A stretch of 64,000 nt of DNA from a virus (taxonomy: Duplodnaviria > Caudoviricetes). A program made the position numbers and the translations under genes. Each line of letters begins with the position of its first letter. The first letter of the stretch is position 1. The DNA lies in the IMG/VR virus record IMGVR_UViG_3300037067_026422. One strand, written 5' to 3'. The notes beneath the pieces were generated by a model that worked only from the letters and a program-made list of their open reading frames with translations, was not told where the DNA came from and ran no database searches. Positions 31,030-40,772 of the stretch are shown here, piece by piece.

Positions 31030-31956
31030 CTATATATTGTATACTTTTTTTAACCACGCTATAGTCATAGGAACACCCTCATCAAGAGTAATCCTAGGGT
31101 TATGACCAAATTGCTTAATAGCCTTACTGATGTCAGGTCGTTTGTTTACTACATTATGCTTATCTTCAGGTAAGTATGTCACTAATTCTTTACTAGCCCC
31201 TGTACACTTTAGTATAATGTCACTTAATTCCTCGACACTTCTATACTCTGTGCCCCCTATGTTGTACACTTCACCTGGTACAAAATTTTCACAAACACTT
31301 GCCAAAGTAGGAATAAAATCATTTATGTACATGAATACCCTACTATAACCCTTATATACTGTCCAGGGTTTTCCAAACAAAGCCCTGTAGCAGAATAAGC
31401 ATACAACACTTCTATAATGATGATAATATTCTCCAGGCCCATATGCATTAAAAAATCGACATCTAACTACTTCATTATTGTGCCGCTTCTCATAATTCAT
31501 TATTTGTACTTCATTGACCCATTTTGTTACGGCATAATCATTATGCTGTATAATGGGAGTCTTACTTGGTAAATCCTCGGTTAATATCGGAAGGGTAACA
31601 TCCCCGTATATCTCAGAAGAACTTGCAAAAATTAACTTGAATTTATATATTCTTTGCATTTCTAAAATATTTCTTGTACCTATAACATTAGTTTGCCATA
31701 AGGTATCATAATACTCCTCACCATTTATTCTACCAAACTCTGCAGCCAAATGATATACATAATCAAATTTATCTTTGAAAACCTTTTCTAACTGTCTATA
31801 ATTACTGACATCAGCTCTAATATAGTCATCTTCATTAGTGTGCATAAGATCACATTGGAATACCCTATGCCCTCTCAATTTTAATTCATTAACAAGAGGC
31901 ACCCCCAATGTCCCCATACTTCCAGTTACCAGTATATTCATATAAAATCCTTTCAA
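31030..31956 (-). CDS. NAD-dependent NDP-sugar epimerase/dehydratase
   Basis: VTGSMGTLG, HLAA, SSSEIYG, YAVTK and RFFNAYGP. Confidence 0.9.
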   Translation of the reverse strand: MKGFYMNILVTGSMGTLGVPLVNELKLRGHRVFQCDLMHTNEDDYIRADVSNYRQLEKVFKDKFDYVYHLAAEFGRINGEEYYDTLWQTNVIGTRNILEMQRIYKFKLIFASSSEIYGDVTLPILTEDLPSKTPIIQHNDYAVTKWVNEVQIMNYEKRHNNEVVRCRFFNAYGPGEYYHHYRSVVCLFCYRALFGKPWTVYKGYSRVFMYINDFIPTLASVCENFVPGEVYNIGGTEYRSVEELSDIILKCTGASKELVTYLPEDKHNVVNKRPDISKAIKQFGHNPRITLDEGVPMTIAWLKKVYNI

Positions 31957-31975
31957 AGGTGTATAATTAATAACT

Positions 31976-32734
31976 TTACAATTTTCTTAGCAGCACTTGA
32001 TATTCATCAGATATAATACTAAATTTATTTTTCAAATAAGGTAATGAGTATTTAGCTTTACCTAACAAACTTTTTTCATTCGACAAAATAATTGGAGCAG
32101 GGTTCATCACATCATCAATTAGAATTAAACCCCCATCAGATATCACATCACTATCCACTACTGCCTGAGCCTCCCTTAATTGATGTAGTGCGGTTTGCTC
32201 AATTGGGGTCATATCACCCGTATCTATATATAATAAATCTATTTTCTTACTATATTTTGATTCGAATGCTTCTATAAATGCTAATGAATCCTGTACATGA
32301 TACATGATCTTATGTGACAAATGCCCAGTGACTATCTTAGATCTATTTATGTGAGCTTCCGATATATCCACGGTGTGTACTGACACATCCTGATCAATAA
32401 ATTCATCTGCAGCCAATAAGGAAAATAAACCCGCCCCCCAATCCCAATCTTCACACCTTTCTGGATTCCAATATTTAGTATCGTCACTATTGCAACCTTC
32501 TACCCCTCCATGAACAAAACTTCTTATAGTCCCTAGTTCAACAATAGTAGACCCCCCTATAGCTTTAAATAGTTCAAAAGCTTTTTTAAAAGTGTGGTAT
32601 CTAAAAAGGGGCACTCTCCCAAAGAAACTTTTAAAGTCATAACAGGAAGATAGATTCTCATCCATAATATCTCTATACTTTTCAAGCATTTTTCGCTCCT
32701 TCATTGATACCAAAAATTTTACTCCATTTAGCAA
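31976..32734 (-). CDS. Class I SAM methyltransferase
   Basis: IVELGT, TVDIS, IDLLYIDT and LIDD; similar motif pattern to 28837-29433. Confidence 0.7.
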   Translation of the reverse strand: MLNGVKFLVSMKERKMLEKYRDIMDENLSSCYDFKSFFGRVPLFRYHTFKKAFELFKAIGGSTIVELGTIRSFVHGGVEGCNSDDTKYWNPERCEDWDWGAGLFSLLAADEFIDQDVSVHTVDISEAHINRSKIVTGHLSHKIMYHVQDSLAFIEAFESKYSKKIDLLYIDTGDMTPIEQTALHQLREAQAVVDSDVISDGGLILIDDVMNPAPIILSNEKSLLGKAKYSLPYLKNKFSIISDEYQVLLRKL

Positions 32735-33662
32735 GCTCAGATATCTGATGGGCTTTACTTACAGCACCTAATCGAGCGCTTATTTCCCTCCGATTAAGAT
32801 TAATGGCTTTATCCCGGAGATCCTCCCAAGAACTAAAGTACACAAAAACATCATTAAATTCCTCACAATACCACTCTGAATATCTTAGATTGCCTATCTG
32901 AAAAGGAGGTGACCAAAAAAAGTTACTTTTGCGAGACAACTCTATTAAGAAATCTATTGTGGGGATTAAATAGGGGATTCCTAAGTTAATCCCCTCGAAT
33001 AGAGCTAAATTAGACCATGCATAGGGAATATGAATAACACCTTTAAATTCCTGTAAATCTAAAGGTCCACTATATCTACCGGTATAACAGGGGATACCAA
33101 TTGACGTACACTTTTGATGTAAATTCATGAAAATTGTGTCGTTATGGTATGGGGGGATAAAAAAACTGGATTTTTTATCTATTGATACAGGGATACTTGA
33201 CGTAAGTTCTTTTTGGGTGATACCTGATATAGGTTTTATAGTAAAATCACTTAAATTGACCCCCCTTTGTCTAGCATAGAGGTATTCAAAGGGGGTGTAT
33301 GAGATTATCTTAACTTTTTCACTGTTAATACTATTCCATAAAGAAAAGTACTCGGGATCAGGAAAACCATCTCTATTGGGATAATCAAACCTGTTACAAA
33401 TCCAGACAATTAACTTGCCTTGATAATTATTCTGCAAAAATATTCTTGATAGAGGGGCAGTGTCTGAAGTTATAATGGTATCAAAGGTATTAAAATAATC
33501 TTTATGCTTAGCCCATATTTCAGCAGCCCTATCATGCGTGATAAGATAATCCCAGTCAGCTTGCAAGACGCTTATCTCTAAGCCTAATAATTTAGCTACG
33601 TTAGCTATGTCCCCTATACACCCCTTATGGTAACTAACATGTAATATTTTCATCAAAAACAC
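32682..33662 (-). CDS. Putative glycosyltransferase (GT-B-like)
   Basis: HIPY...LALFEGINLGIP; cluster context. Confidence 0.5.
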   Translation of the reverse strand: MFLMKILHVSYHKGCIGDIANVAKLLGLEISVLQADWDYLITHDRAAEIWAKHKDYFNTFDTIITSDTAPLSRIFLQNNYQGKLIVWICNRFDYPNRDGFPDPEYFSLWNSINSEKVKIISYTPFEYLYARQRGVNLSDFTIKPISGITQKELTSSIPVSIDKKSSFFIPPYHNDTIFMNLHQKCTSIGIPCYTGRYSGPLDLQEFKGVIHIPYAWSNLALFEGINLGIPYLIPTIDFLIELSRKSNFFWSPPFQIGNLRYSEWYCEEFNDVFVYFSSWEDLRDKAINLNRREISARLGAVSKAHQISELAKWSKIFGINEGAKNA

Positions 33663-34591
33663 CTTAGTATATTTTTTATTCTGTTAATGTAGGTATGCTC
33701 TTCTTTAACCAATTTCATTAATTCTATAGTTTTATTAACTGACATCCCTGTTTTAGCTTTCTCATATAAGCTATAACCATTGTCAGCATATATAAGCTCA
33801 TTATTAAATATTCTGTTTACTGCACTTGAATTAGTTATTCCAGATTGTCCATAGCTTATATTCTTGAATATTCTACAGGGTATATATCCCATTTCTATTT
33901 GAGGATCACTACAAAATTGCGGGGCATATTTAGACTCTTTTATAAGTTCAATGTGTCGCTCATCTGATATAAAATTAGCGTGTCTTTTTAAAAAACCTAT
34001 GCTGGTATTGGGGGTATATCCCCCATAAGCATGCATCTCTATTCCATCCTTTTGACAACCCTCTGAGAATCCAACGATATGCCTTCTAATATCATTCCAA
34101 CCAGAATCCAACACTGAACCAACATAGTTAACTATGTTCTTTCGACTTAGGGTAGCCCATTCTAAACAAATTTCCTCAGGAAGAAGATCTGTTGCCCAGG
34201 GCTGATATATTTCTCTACCTCTAATAAAAGTATAATCGTTTATTCTTTCTAAATTAGGCAGCGCGTATACCGGATTGGTAAGGACTTGCATATATACAGC
34301 CTGATCTGTTACAGGCTTAAATTGCTCATGAGAGCAATTATGAAGGATATACAGGCTATCTTTTCTTATAGGGATTCCAGTACATTCATCTGTACCTGAT
34401 GTTAAAAATAAGGTGTTAGAAAAGTCAAAGTTAGATATATCGGTTTTATTATTTAACCAATAAGACTCATAACCCATATATTTAAACGTTTTATAGAAAG
34501 CCCCGTGTATATAAGAGTGGGTATGAGTATCCTTCGGGTACCCCCACACTACTACTTTTTTTATTCCTACTAATCTGCTGCTCGTAGACAT
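33653..34591 (-). CDS. Putative glycosyltransferase
   Basis: PCRIFKNISYG and C-terminal HTYINR; cluster context. Confidence 0.55.
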   Translation of the reverse strand: MSTSSRLVGIKKVVVWGYPKDTHTHSYIHGAFYKTFKYMGYESYWLNNKTDISNFDFSNTLFLTSGTDECTGIPIRKDSLYILHNCSHEQFKPVTDQAVYMQVLTNPVYALPNLERINDYTFIRGREIYQPWATDLLPEEICLEWATLSRKNIVNYVGSVLDSGWNDIRRHIVGFSEGCQKDGIEMHAYGGYTPNTSIGFLKRHANFISDERHIELIKESKYAPQFCSDPQIEMGYIPCRIFKNISYGQSGITNSSAVNRIFNNELIYADNGYSLYEKAKTGMSVNKTIELMKLVKEEHTYINRIKNILRCF

Positions 34592-34602
34592 AATGTAAAA
34601 TC

Positions 34603-35256
34603 CTATGATTCTATTCTGGCATAGATATCACCAAAATTTATATTTTTTATATTGGTTACAAGATAAGAATTGATATCGTCTTTTTTTAACCACTGATTAT
34701 TACTAAATAGCAAAGATTCCCCTTCACTATAATTAAAGGTATACTTACCTAATGAATCTATCTTATTAAGACACTTGAGGGCATTAGTGTGTAACTCAGG
34801 AGTATATTCATAAGATATACATGGGATAGGCTGTGACAGCCCAGATAGTACCTCTATTTCACTACCCTCTACATCTATTTTACAATAATCGGGTACTCCA
34901 TACTTTTCTATAAGACTATCTAATGTAACTGTCTCAATATCAGTGGGGTTCCCCCATATGTACCCTCTAAATCTATCCTTACCCGTCTCATTAATGAATT
35001 CTTCAGAAAAAGTACTAATGGTATTAGCATTAGCTATCCTGAATTTTCTAGTCTGACCATCAGAAGATACCGCATAAGGAACTATTACTACCCTATCAGT
35101 TTTAAATCTTCTATGTAACTCAATAAGGCAATCTATTTGAGGTTCAACACAAACAACCCTTACACCATATGTAAGGTAACTCATTGTTTTATTTCCTATA
35201 TTGGCCCCAATATCAAATACTAAATGTTTATCTTTAATTATTTCGTTTAACAGCAT
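34603..35256 (-). CDS. FkbM-family methyltransferase
   Basis: FDIGANIG, VEPQ and KIDVEGSE. Confidence 0.88.
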   Translation of the reverse strand: MLLNEIIKDKHLVFDIGANIGNKTMSYLTYGVRVVCVEPQIDCLIELHRRFKTDRVVIVPYAVSSDGQTRKFRIANANTISTFSEEFINETGKDRFRGYIWGNPTDIETVTLDSLIEKYGVPDYCKIDVEGSEIEVLSGLSQPIPCISYEYTPELHTNALKCLNKIDSLGKYTFNYSEGESLLFSNNQWLKKDDINSYLVTNIKNINFGDIYARIES

Positions 35257-35267
35257 CCTTAAAACTC

Positions 35268-35975
35268 CTATATTTGATACAGTGTGTGATCTTTTACAAG
35301 TGCTCTTAATTTTATGTACTTTTTATATGGATTATTTTCTGCCCAGGTTACTCCCTTGGGGAAGCAATAGGATGGATCAAGTATAACTTTGGGGGGGTTA
35401 TCTATAAGATATCGATTAAGATGACTCTCATCATGCCATTTTGCTATATATCCAATATCCATATCATCTTGTATCCCTTTGTATATCGTCTCCGACATCC
35501 TCAAAAAGTTATTTGCACTTCCCCCATTAAAACCCCCTGCAAAGTACACTGTACCTTCATCTGGTTTAATGTATGCCTTAGATAGAGGATTTTTATCATA
35601 TGAAAATACGTGCCGGGGGGCATTCCAAAATCCAGGATGCCTTGTCCCTACTAAATCCCCAATAACTTCATTTCCTACATAATCCTCGAAAAGCATGTCT
35701 ATATCACAATAGTACAGATAATCCATACCAGAAAATATCTGACTATTTTTACAAAATATCTCATATCTTCTGAGAGTCATACCAGGCCAGGGGTAATGCT
35801 CCTGGTTAACTATTGTAACGTCATTTCTCTTCACTATATCTGGTAAATTCGTGAAAAGAAAAAATCTTATTTCATGCCCCTCTTTAGACAAAAAGTACTT
35901 TTTAGCTGAATCATACAAAGGATCTACGAATTCAAGGTATTTATTTGTAGCTATATTTATTAACCCTATTTTCAT
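35268..35975 (-). CDS. Glycosyltransferase family 6 (ABO/alpha-1,3-Gal(NAc)T-like)
   Basis: IATNKY, FLFTN, DID, YFAGGFNGG and WHDESHLNRY. Confidence 0.88.
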   Translation of the reverse strand: MKIGLINIATNKYLEFVDPLYDSAKKYFLSKEGHEIRFFLFTNLPDIVKRNDVTIVNQEHYPWPGMTLRRYEIFCKNSQIFSGMDYLYYCDIDMLFEDYVGNEVIGDLVGTRHPGFWNAPRHVFSYDKNPLSKAYIKPDEGTVYFAGGFNGGSANNFLRMSETIYKGIQDDMDIGYIAKWHDESHLNRYLIDNPPKVILDPSYCFPKGVTWAENNPYKKYIKLRALVKDHTLYQI

Positions 35976-36628
35976 ATGTTAAACCTTTGTTTCTTTAACT
36001 CATCAGACATTGCATTATTTTTTGTATTATAAAAGGAATTTTTATGTATCCTGTGCCTAACCAAACCACTATCTATATTAAAGAATGTAAAACCCTGCTT
36101 AACCAATCTTATCCATAAGTCATAATCCTCAACGCCATCCCAAGAAGCATCCCAATAAATATCCCTACCACGTCTAACAATCATAGATGAAGAGTTTATT
36201 ATAGAATTAATGTCTCTGAAATGCTCCTCCAACAACTCCCCAACATGAAGCCATGGTCTGGCATCCGACCCTTCAAAATATTGACAGTGTGTTCCTATGA
36301 CGTCATACTTATCCTTATAGTTAATCTGAGCTGATAATTTGTTACTCAGCCATAAATCATCCACATCAAGCAAGCATATAATATCATGCTTTGCCTTTTT
36401 TAATAGAGCATTTAAAGTAACCGATTTCCCCTTCAGCTCAGAAAAATCATATACGCGCACTTTCTCAGAAGAATAATTAATAGCAGTCTTATATACCTCT
36501 GAATTCTTTTCATACCCATTTATACCTATTAGCAACTCCCAAGCATCCATATCCTGCTGCATTACCGTATTTAAGCTCTCGGGCAGATACTCAATACCAT
36601 TGTATATGGGCATCAGAATAGATACCAT
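35972..36628 (-). CDS. Glycosyltransferase GT2
   Basis: VSILMPIYNG, LDVDD and EDYDLW. Confidence 0.88.
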   Translation of the reverse strand: MVSILMPIYNGIEYLPESLNTVMQQDMDAWELLIGINGYEKNSEVYKTAINYSSEKVRVYDFSELKGKSVTLNALLKKAKHDIICLLDVDDLWLSNKLSAQINYKDKYDVIGTHCQYFEGSDARPWLHVGELLEEHFRDINSIINSSSMIVRRGRDIYWDASWDGVEDYDLWIRLVKQGFTFFNIDSGLVRHRIHKNSFYNTKNNAMSDELKKQRFNI

Positions 36629-37288
36629 TTAATTTGCTCTTAATTCCTCAGTTGCTATTTCTACGTACTTTTTTTTATCTTTTCCAAGAGTCCTGAGCAT
36701 ACTATCTTCACGCTCAGTATGCTCATACACTAAAACTGGAACAAGCTTGAATTTAAACCCCGACATATAACACCTACACCAAAAATTCCAATCTTCATAA
36801 TGAGGTCCAGTTCTTACTTTATATCCCCCCACTTTTTTCCAAACTTCTTTCTTAAATAAGGAAGAAGAAAAAATTGGGTTTTCTTTAAGTAATACGTCCC
36901 TATTTATATTTCCTATATAAGGTTTCACCACTCTTCCAGAACACGTCATGAGCCCATAATAAATATCAAACTCAGGAGATAATACTTCCACCAATCCGGA
37001 TAGGCTTCTTGGAAAAAAGAAGTCATCTGAATCTAATGGTATTATAAGATCATTACAGGATACCGCTATACCCGTATTCCGGGCTGCACTTAAACCCCTA
37101 TTCTCCAGATGTCTAATTAATTGAATTTTGTTATTCCGTATCAATTCCATAGCCTCAGGTATAATAGGAATAGTCGAACAATCATCCACTACTATAATTT
37201 CTTTATCAACATTCTGAATTAAACAACTCTCAATAGCTCGGGGTAAATATTGAGAATCATTATAGGTGCATATTACTATTGATATCAT
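36629..37288 (-). CDS. Glycosyltransferase GT2
   Basis: VICTYN, VDDCS, GLSAARNTG, LDSDD and EDWNFW. Confidence 0.9.
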   Translation of the reverse strand: MISIVICTYNDSQYLPRAIESCLIQNVDKEIIVVDDCSTIPIIPEAMELIRNNKIQLIRHLENRGLSAARNTGIAVSCNDLIIPLDSDDFFFPRSLSGLVEVLSPEFDIYYGLMTCSGRVVKPYIGNINRDVLLKENPIFSSSLFKKEVWKKVGGYKVRTGPHYEDWNFWCRCYMSGFKFKLVPVLVYEHTEREDSMLRTLGKDKKKYVEIATEELRAN

Positions 37289-37290
37289 AT

Positions 37291-38100
37291 TTATTCTATC
37301 TCTATAGGAACATCAACGTGACATGATGCATTATTTATTATGTTGGGGTTATTTAATAGCTTTGTTAAAGATATCCGCTTACCTATCAAAAATTGTTCAT
37401 TTAGATATTGTGCGGATATCTGACCATGACGGTTGCCATTTACATTCTGAACTTTATTCGCGGGTATATTAACTATCTTAGATTTACTAAAACATGTCAT
37501 ATATGGCATGCATATAGGACTATTAGCTAAATTACCTTCTAATGTGTTTGGATTACGATAATCAATATATACCAGTTTTGATAGAATATCTTCTGTCCTA
37601 AATAAATGCCCATCCAAAGACATCGGATATGACCAATCGCCAGGACAGGCTTTTCTCCATTCCCATACTAATTCTTTGTTCAAAAACTCGGGAACAGTCA
37701 TAGGAACATTCATAGTATAGCAGTAATTTATTCCGGGATATAGTCTTAAAGATAAACAAGCAACACTTTGATCGGTTATTACTCTATAAGCTTCATGACA
37801 GGATAGCTTAAACTCTTCTTTAAATATCATATCATCAACAAAAAACATCGTGAGTGCATTTTTTAGGGGCACATTCTTCAATAAATCTTCTTTAAATTTA
37901 CCCTTATTTTCAAAAACATAATGAATATCCGGATGGTACGAAATAGCCTTTACATATCCAGCACCAAAAGACTCATTACTATATGTGTATAAGACATGTA
38001 TACTATTTATGTGGATACCTATAAAGAATTTCTTTATACTGCATAGAAATAAATCCAGCTGACATCCACGATCTTTACTGAAAACAACAATATTTATCAT
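37291..38100 (-). CDS. Putative glycosyltransferase (GT-A)
   Basis: VFSKDR and FFVDD; cluster context. Confidence 0.55.
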   Translation of the reverse strand: MINIVVFSKDRGCQLDLFLCSIKKFFIGIHINSIHVLYTYSNESFGAGYVKAISYHPDIHYVFENKGKFKEDLLKNVPLKNALTMFFVDDMIFKEEFKLSCHEAYRVITDQSVACLSLRLYPGINYCYTMNVPMTVPEFLNKELVWEWRKACPGDWSYPMSLDGHLFRTEDILSKLVYIDYRNPNTLEGNLANSPICMPYMTCFSKSKIVNIPANKVQNVNGNRHGQISAQYLNEQFLIGKRISLTKLLNNPNIINNASCHVDVPIEIE

Positions 38101-38841
38101 TTATAAAACCTCTCTATATACATAAGGAGTTTTTGCTGCAAAATAATCAGCAAACTGCATTTGCTCCCTAAGTCTTACTTTCCCATCATTATATGGAGTC
38201 TCCTGATTATAAGTATAGATTAACTCAGGCACATACCTAACCCTATCGGCCCCAGATAACTCAAGCATAGGGAACATAATCGCCAAATCCCATGCTACCC
38301 GAGCATATAACCCATCCGGACCTTTCAAATCCTCATCTTTTACATACTTCCAGACTTTATACTTAAAAGTCCTCAGATGAGAAGCCCTCCAACCCACTTT
38401 TCTTATACCCTTTTGCCAATCTGCAGCACTATATGGGGCATTATTTGTGTTGACAGCAGGATTTGGATAGGAAACCCAAGACCCATGCGTAATCAGAAGA
38501 TTAGGCTGTCTATCATAGTATCCTTTCACGATAGCTAAAGAATCAAGCCCGGAAAGCCAATCATCCCCATCAATAGTGACTATAATATCTTCATCCTGAC
38601 AAGGCTGCTCTTTTATCGATCGAATAATGTTCGCTGTAGCAAACTTCTGAGCACTATTCAATAATACTTTTATTCTACTATCCCCATTAGAAACCCTATA
38701 TGCTACATCATAGGAATTATCGTCTGAAGGATCAAGTACAACACACGCTGTCCAGTCCTTGTAGTCCTGATCCATAACAGATTTAAGACACTTCTCAATA
38801 TATTTATCTACTTTCCATCCTACGATAACAAGTCTAAGCAT
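38101..38841 (-). CDS. Glycosyltransferase GT2
   Basis: YIEKCLKSV..QDY and IDGDDWL. Confidence 0.8.
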   Translation of the reverse strand: MLRLVIVGWKVDKYIEKCLKSVMDQDYKDWTACVVLDPSDDNSYDVAYRVSNGDSRIKVLLNSAQKFATANIIRSIKEQPCQDEDIIVTIDGDDWLSGLDSLAIVKGYYDRQPNLLITHGSWVSYPNPAVNTNNAPYSAADWQKGIRKVGWRASHLRTFKYKVWKYVKDEDLKGPDGLYARVAWDLAIMFPMLELSGADRVRYVPELIYTYNQETPYNDGKVRLREQMQFADYFAAKTPYVYREVL

Positions 38842-38859
38842 AGTCTTATAGGACCTTTC

Positions 38860-39387
38860 TCAAATATTGCCGCGCCATTGCCTTCGATAATTATGAAATA
38901 CATACAAATCTTTCATAAGATAGATACGATACCCGGCTTTCTTTACACGGGTATGGTAATCATTGTCCATACCTAAAAATTTGTCATCTGGCACACCACC
39001 AACTTTGTCCCAAACTTTTCTTCGGGTAAGAAAAAAGAAACCCGATAACATTCCTGGCAAATCTGTAACATCTTCTATTTCACCATAATTACTTTTTTGT
39101 ATATCAGTAGATAAAGCTACCTGCTTTGATATATCATCAGAATTTGCTTCTGGATGATCGTATCTTTGAGTAACATATGCTATTCTATTAGTACGGCAGG
39201 ATATTAGCCCCGCATTATGCCCTACTTTATTAATGGCATTAAGACATAAATCATACCAATTGATATTCAATAGTAAAATATCCCAATCAAGTATTAATCC
39301 CCAATCCTCAACTGTTTTAAACATTCTATTACAAGCCTTACCCAACTGCTTTCCGGGTTCCCAGGGTATTCTGACATCTATATACAT
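38860..39387 (-). CDS. Putative glycosyltransferase (GT-A)
   Basis: LDWD, VWDKVGG and D.DY. Confidence 0.6.
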   Translation of the reverse strand: MYIDVRIPWEPGKQLGKACNRMFKTVEDWGLILDWDILLLNINWYDLCLNAINKVGHNAGLISCRTNRIAYVTQRYDHPEANSDDISKQVALSTDIQKSNYGEIEDVTDLPGMLSGFFFLTRRKVWDKVGGVPDDKFLGMDNDYHTRVKKAGYRIYLMKDLYVFHNYRRQWRGNI

Positions 39388-39392
39388 AAAGA

Positions 39393-39998
39393 TTAAACTT
39401 CCCGTCCCTTACCCGGTGTCTCACCCTGGTTTGGCTTATCTATCTCACAAACTACCTCATCAACCCAATTTATCTTATCTTCCCCATACATATCCACGAT
39501 ATCTTTTATATATGAATAATCTGAAGCATAAGGCGCTTTCCACTTTACTTTATTAGCCATTTCTACCGGTATAATAAAACAAGGAGTGCCTATATGCCCC
39601 CTTAGTACTTTATGCTCCTCCGGCAAAATTCCTGCTCGTATACTTTTCATCTTAAAGATATTTATCATACCCTCTTTTAAGTTATTACTTATTGTATGTA
39701 TAACTTCGTTATTAGGTAAAAAGTCATCATCATCTACCCCCCATACATAACCCTCATTGACCGAAGCTATTAAATAATTAAAATAAAGATCTGCAGTCTT
39801 CATGGATTCAGCATTTTTATTCATATATAGATAATCAGTAATACCGCTCTCTAATACATAGCTTCTTGTTTGATCGTTATCTATAGATACAATAAGCTTA
39901 TAATTATTATAGGTCTGATTCCTTATAGTCCCCAGCAGTCTTTTAAAACTTATAGGTCTATCCGAAGTTCTTATCATGATGTTAATAACCGGAAGCAT
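39393..39998 (-). CDS. Putative glycosyltransferase, GT2-like
   Basis: RTSDRP, QTY.NY and VDDDD. Confidence 0.65.
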   Translation of the reverse strand: MLPVINIMIRTSDRPISFKRLLGTIRNQTYNNYKLIVSIDNDQTRSYVLESGITDYLYMNKNAESMKTADLYFNYLIASVNEGYVWGVDDDDFLPNNEVIHTISNNLKEGMINIFKMKSIRAGILPEEHKVLRGHIGTPCFIIPVEMANKVKWKAPYASDYSYIKDIVDMYGEDKINWVDEVVCEIDKPNQGETPGKGREV

Positions 39999-40010
39999 TT
40001 GTTTTTCCTA

Positions 40011-40772
40011 TCATATCAAAAAGTTGTTTATTGGTATCTTAACCATAGGACTACCACTACTATACCTCGTACCATTAGCTTTAATATATGCCCCTTTTTT
40101 ATCCTGATCCGTAGAAGAAGAAGTATGTATATCAAGTTTAAGATATGCTTCCATTCCTTTAATGTGCGGATGACCAATTTTTACTGGAGGGTATAAATTT
40201 GCTAATTGACATCTCCTTGTATAATCACAATGCCCATACCCATAAAATTTATAATCAGGATCAAATATTCCTACTTCATTTATACATCTTTTTGTCATTA
40301 CCATCAAAGCTCCACCCAAGTCTTTATAATATTCTATGGTAAGATCATTGGGATACTTTATTTCATTACATTTATTACTCTGAGCTAATCCATGTATAAA
40401 GTTCATGTGATCATAACCAGTAGCTTTTAGCGCCTCAAGATACTTTTCTACCCATCCATTCTTTATAGGAATAAGATCATCTTCTATAATGAATATAAAG
40501 TCACAGTTTTGTAAATAATTAAGTAGCCTATTTTTATTACGTACCACTCCCTGGTTAGTACCTATTATGACTTCTCCACAATGTTTAAGCATTTCTGCAA
40601 TATTATAGCTACCTATATTACCACCATCGATACTGCATACAGTGTTAACCCCATTAGTAGTCTCTCTTATTGCCCTTATTACTCTTAATGCCATATCTGG
40701 TCTATTGTAGGTACTTAATCCAACACCTATTTTAATCTTCATGCTGCACCTATATCCAAGATTTTCCCTCAC
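40011..40772 (-). CDS. Glycosyltransferase, GT2-like
   Basis: STYNRP, IEDD and VGIFD...YG..H.DY; the true start is probably at 40742. Confidence 0.7.
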   Translation of the reverse strand: MRENLGYRCSMKIKIGVGLSTYNRPDMALRVIRAIRETTNGVNTVCSIDGGNIGSYNIAEMLKHCGEVIIGTNQGVVRNKNRLLNYLQNCDFIFIIEDDLIPIKNGWVEKYLEALKATGYDHMNFIHGLAQSNKCNEIKYPNDLTIEYYKDLGGALMVMTKRCINEVGIFDPDYKFYGYGHCDYTRRCQLANLYPPVKIGHPHIKGMEAYLKLDIHTSSSTDQDKKGAYIKANGTRYSSGSPMVKIPINNFLI

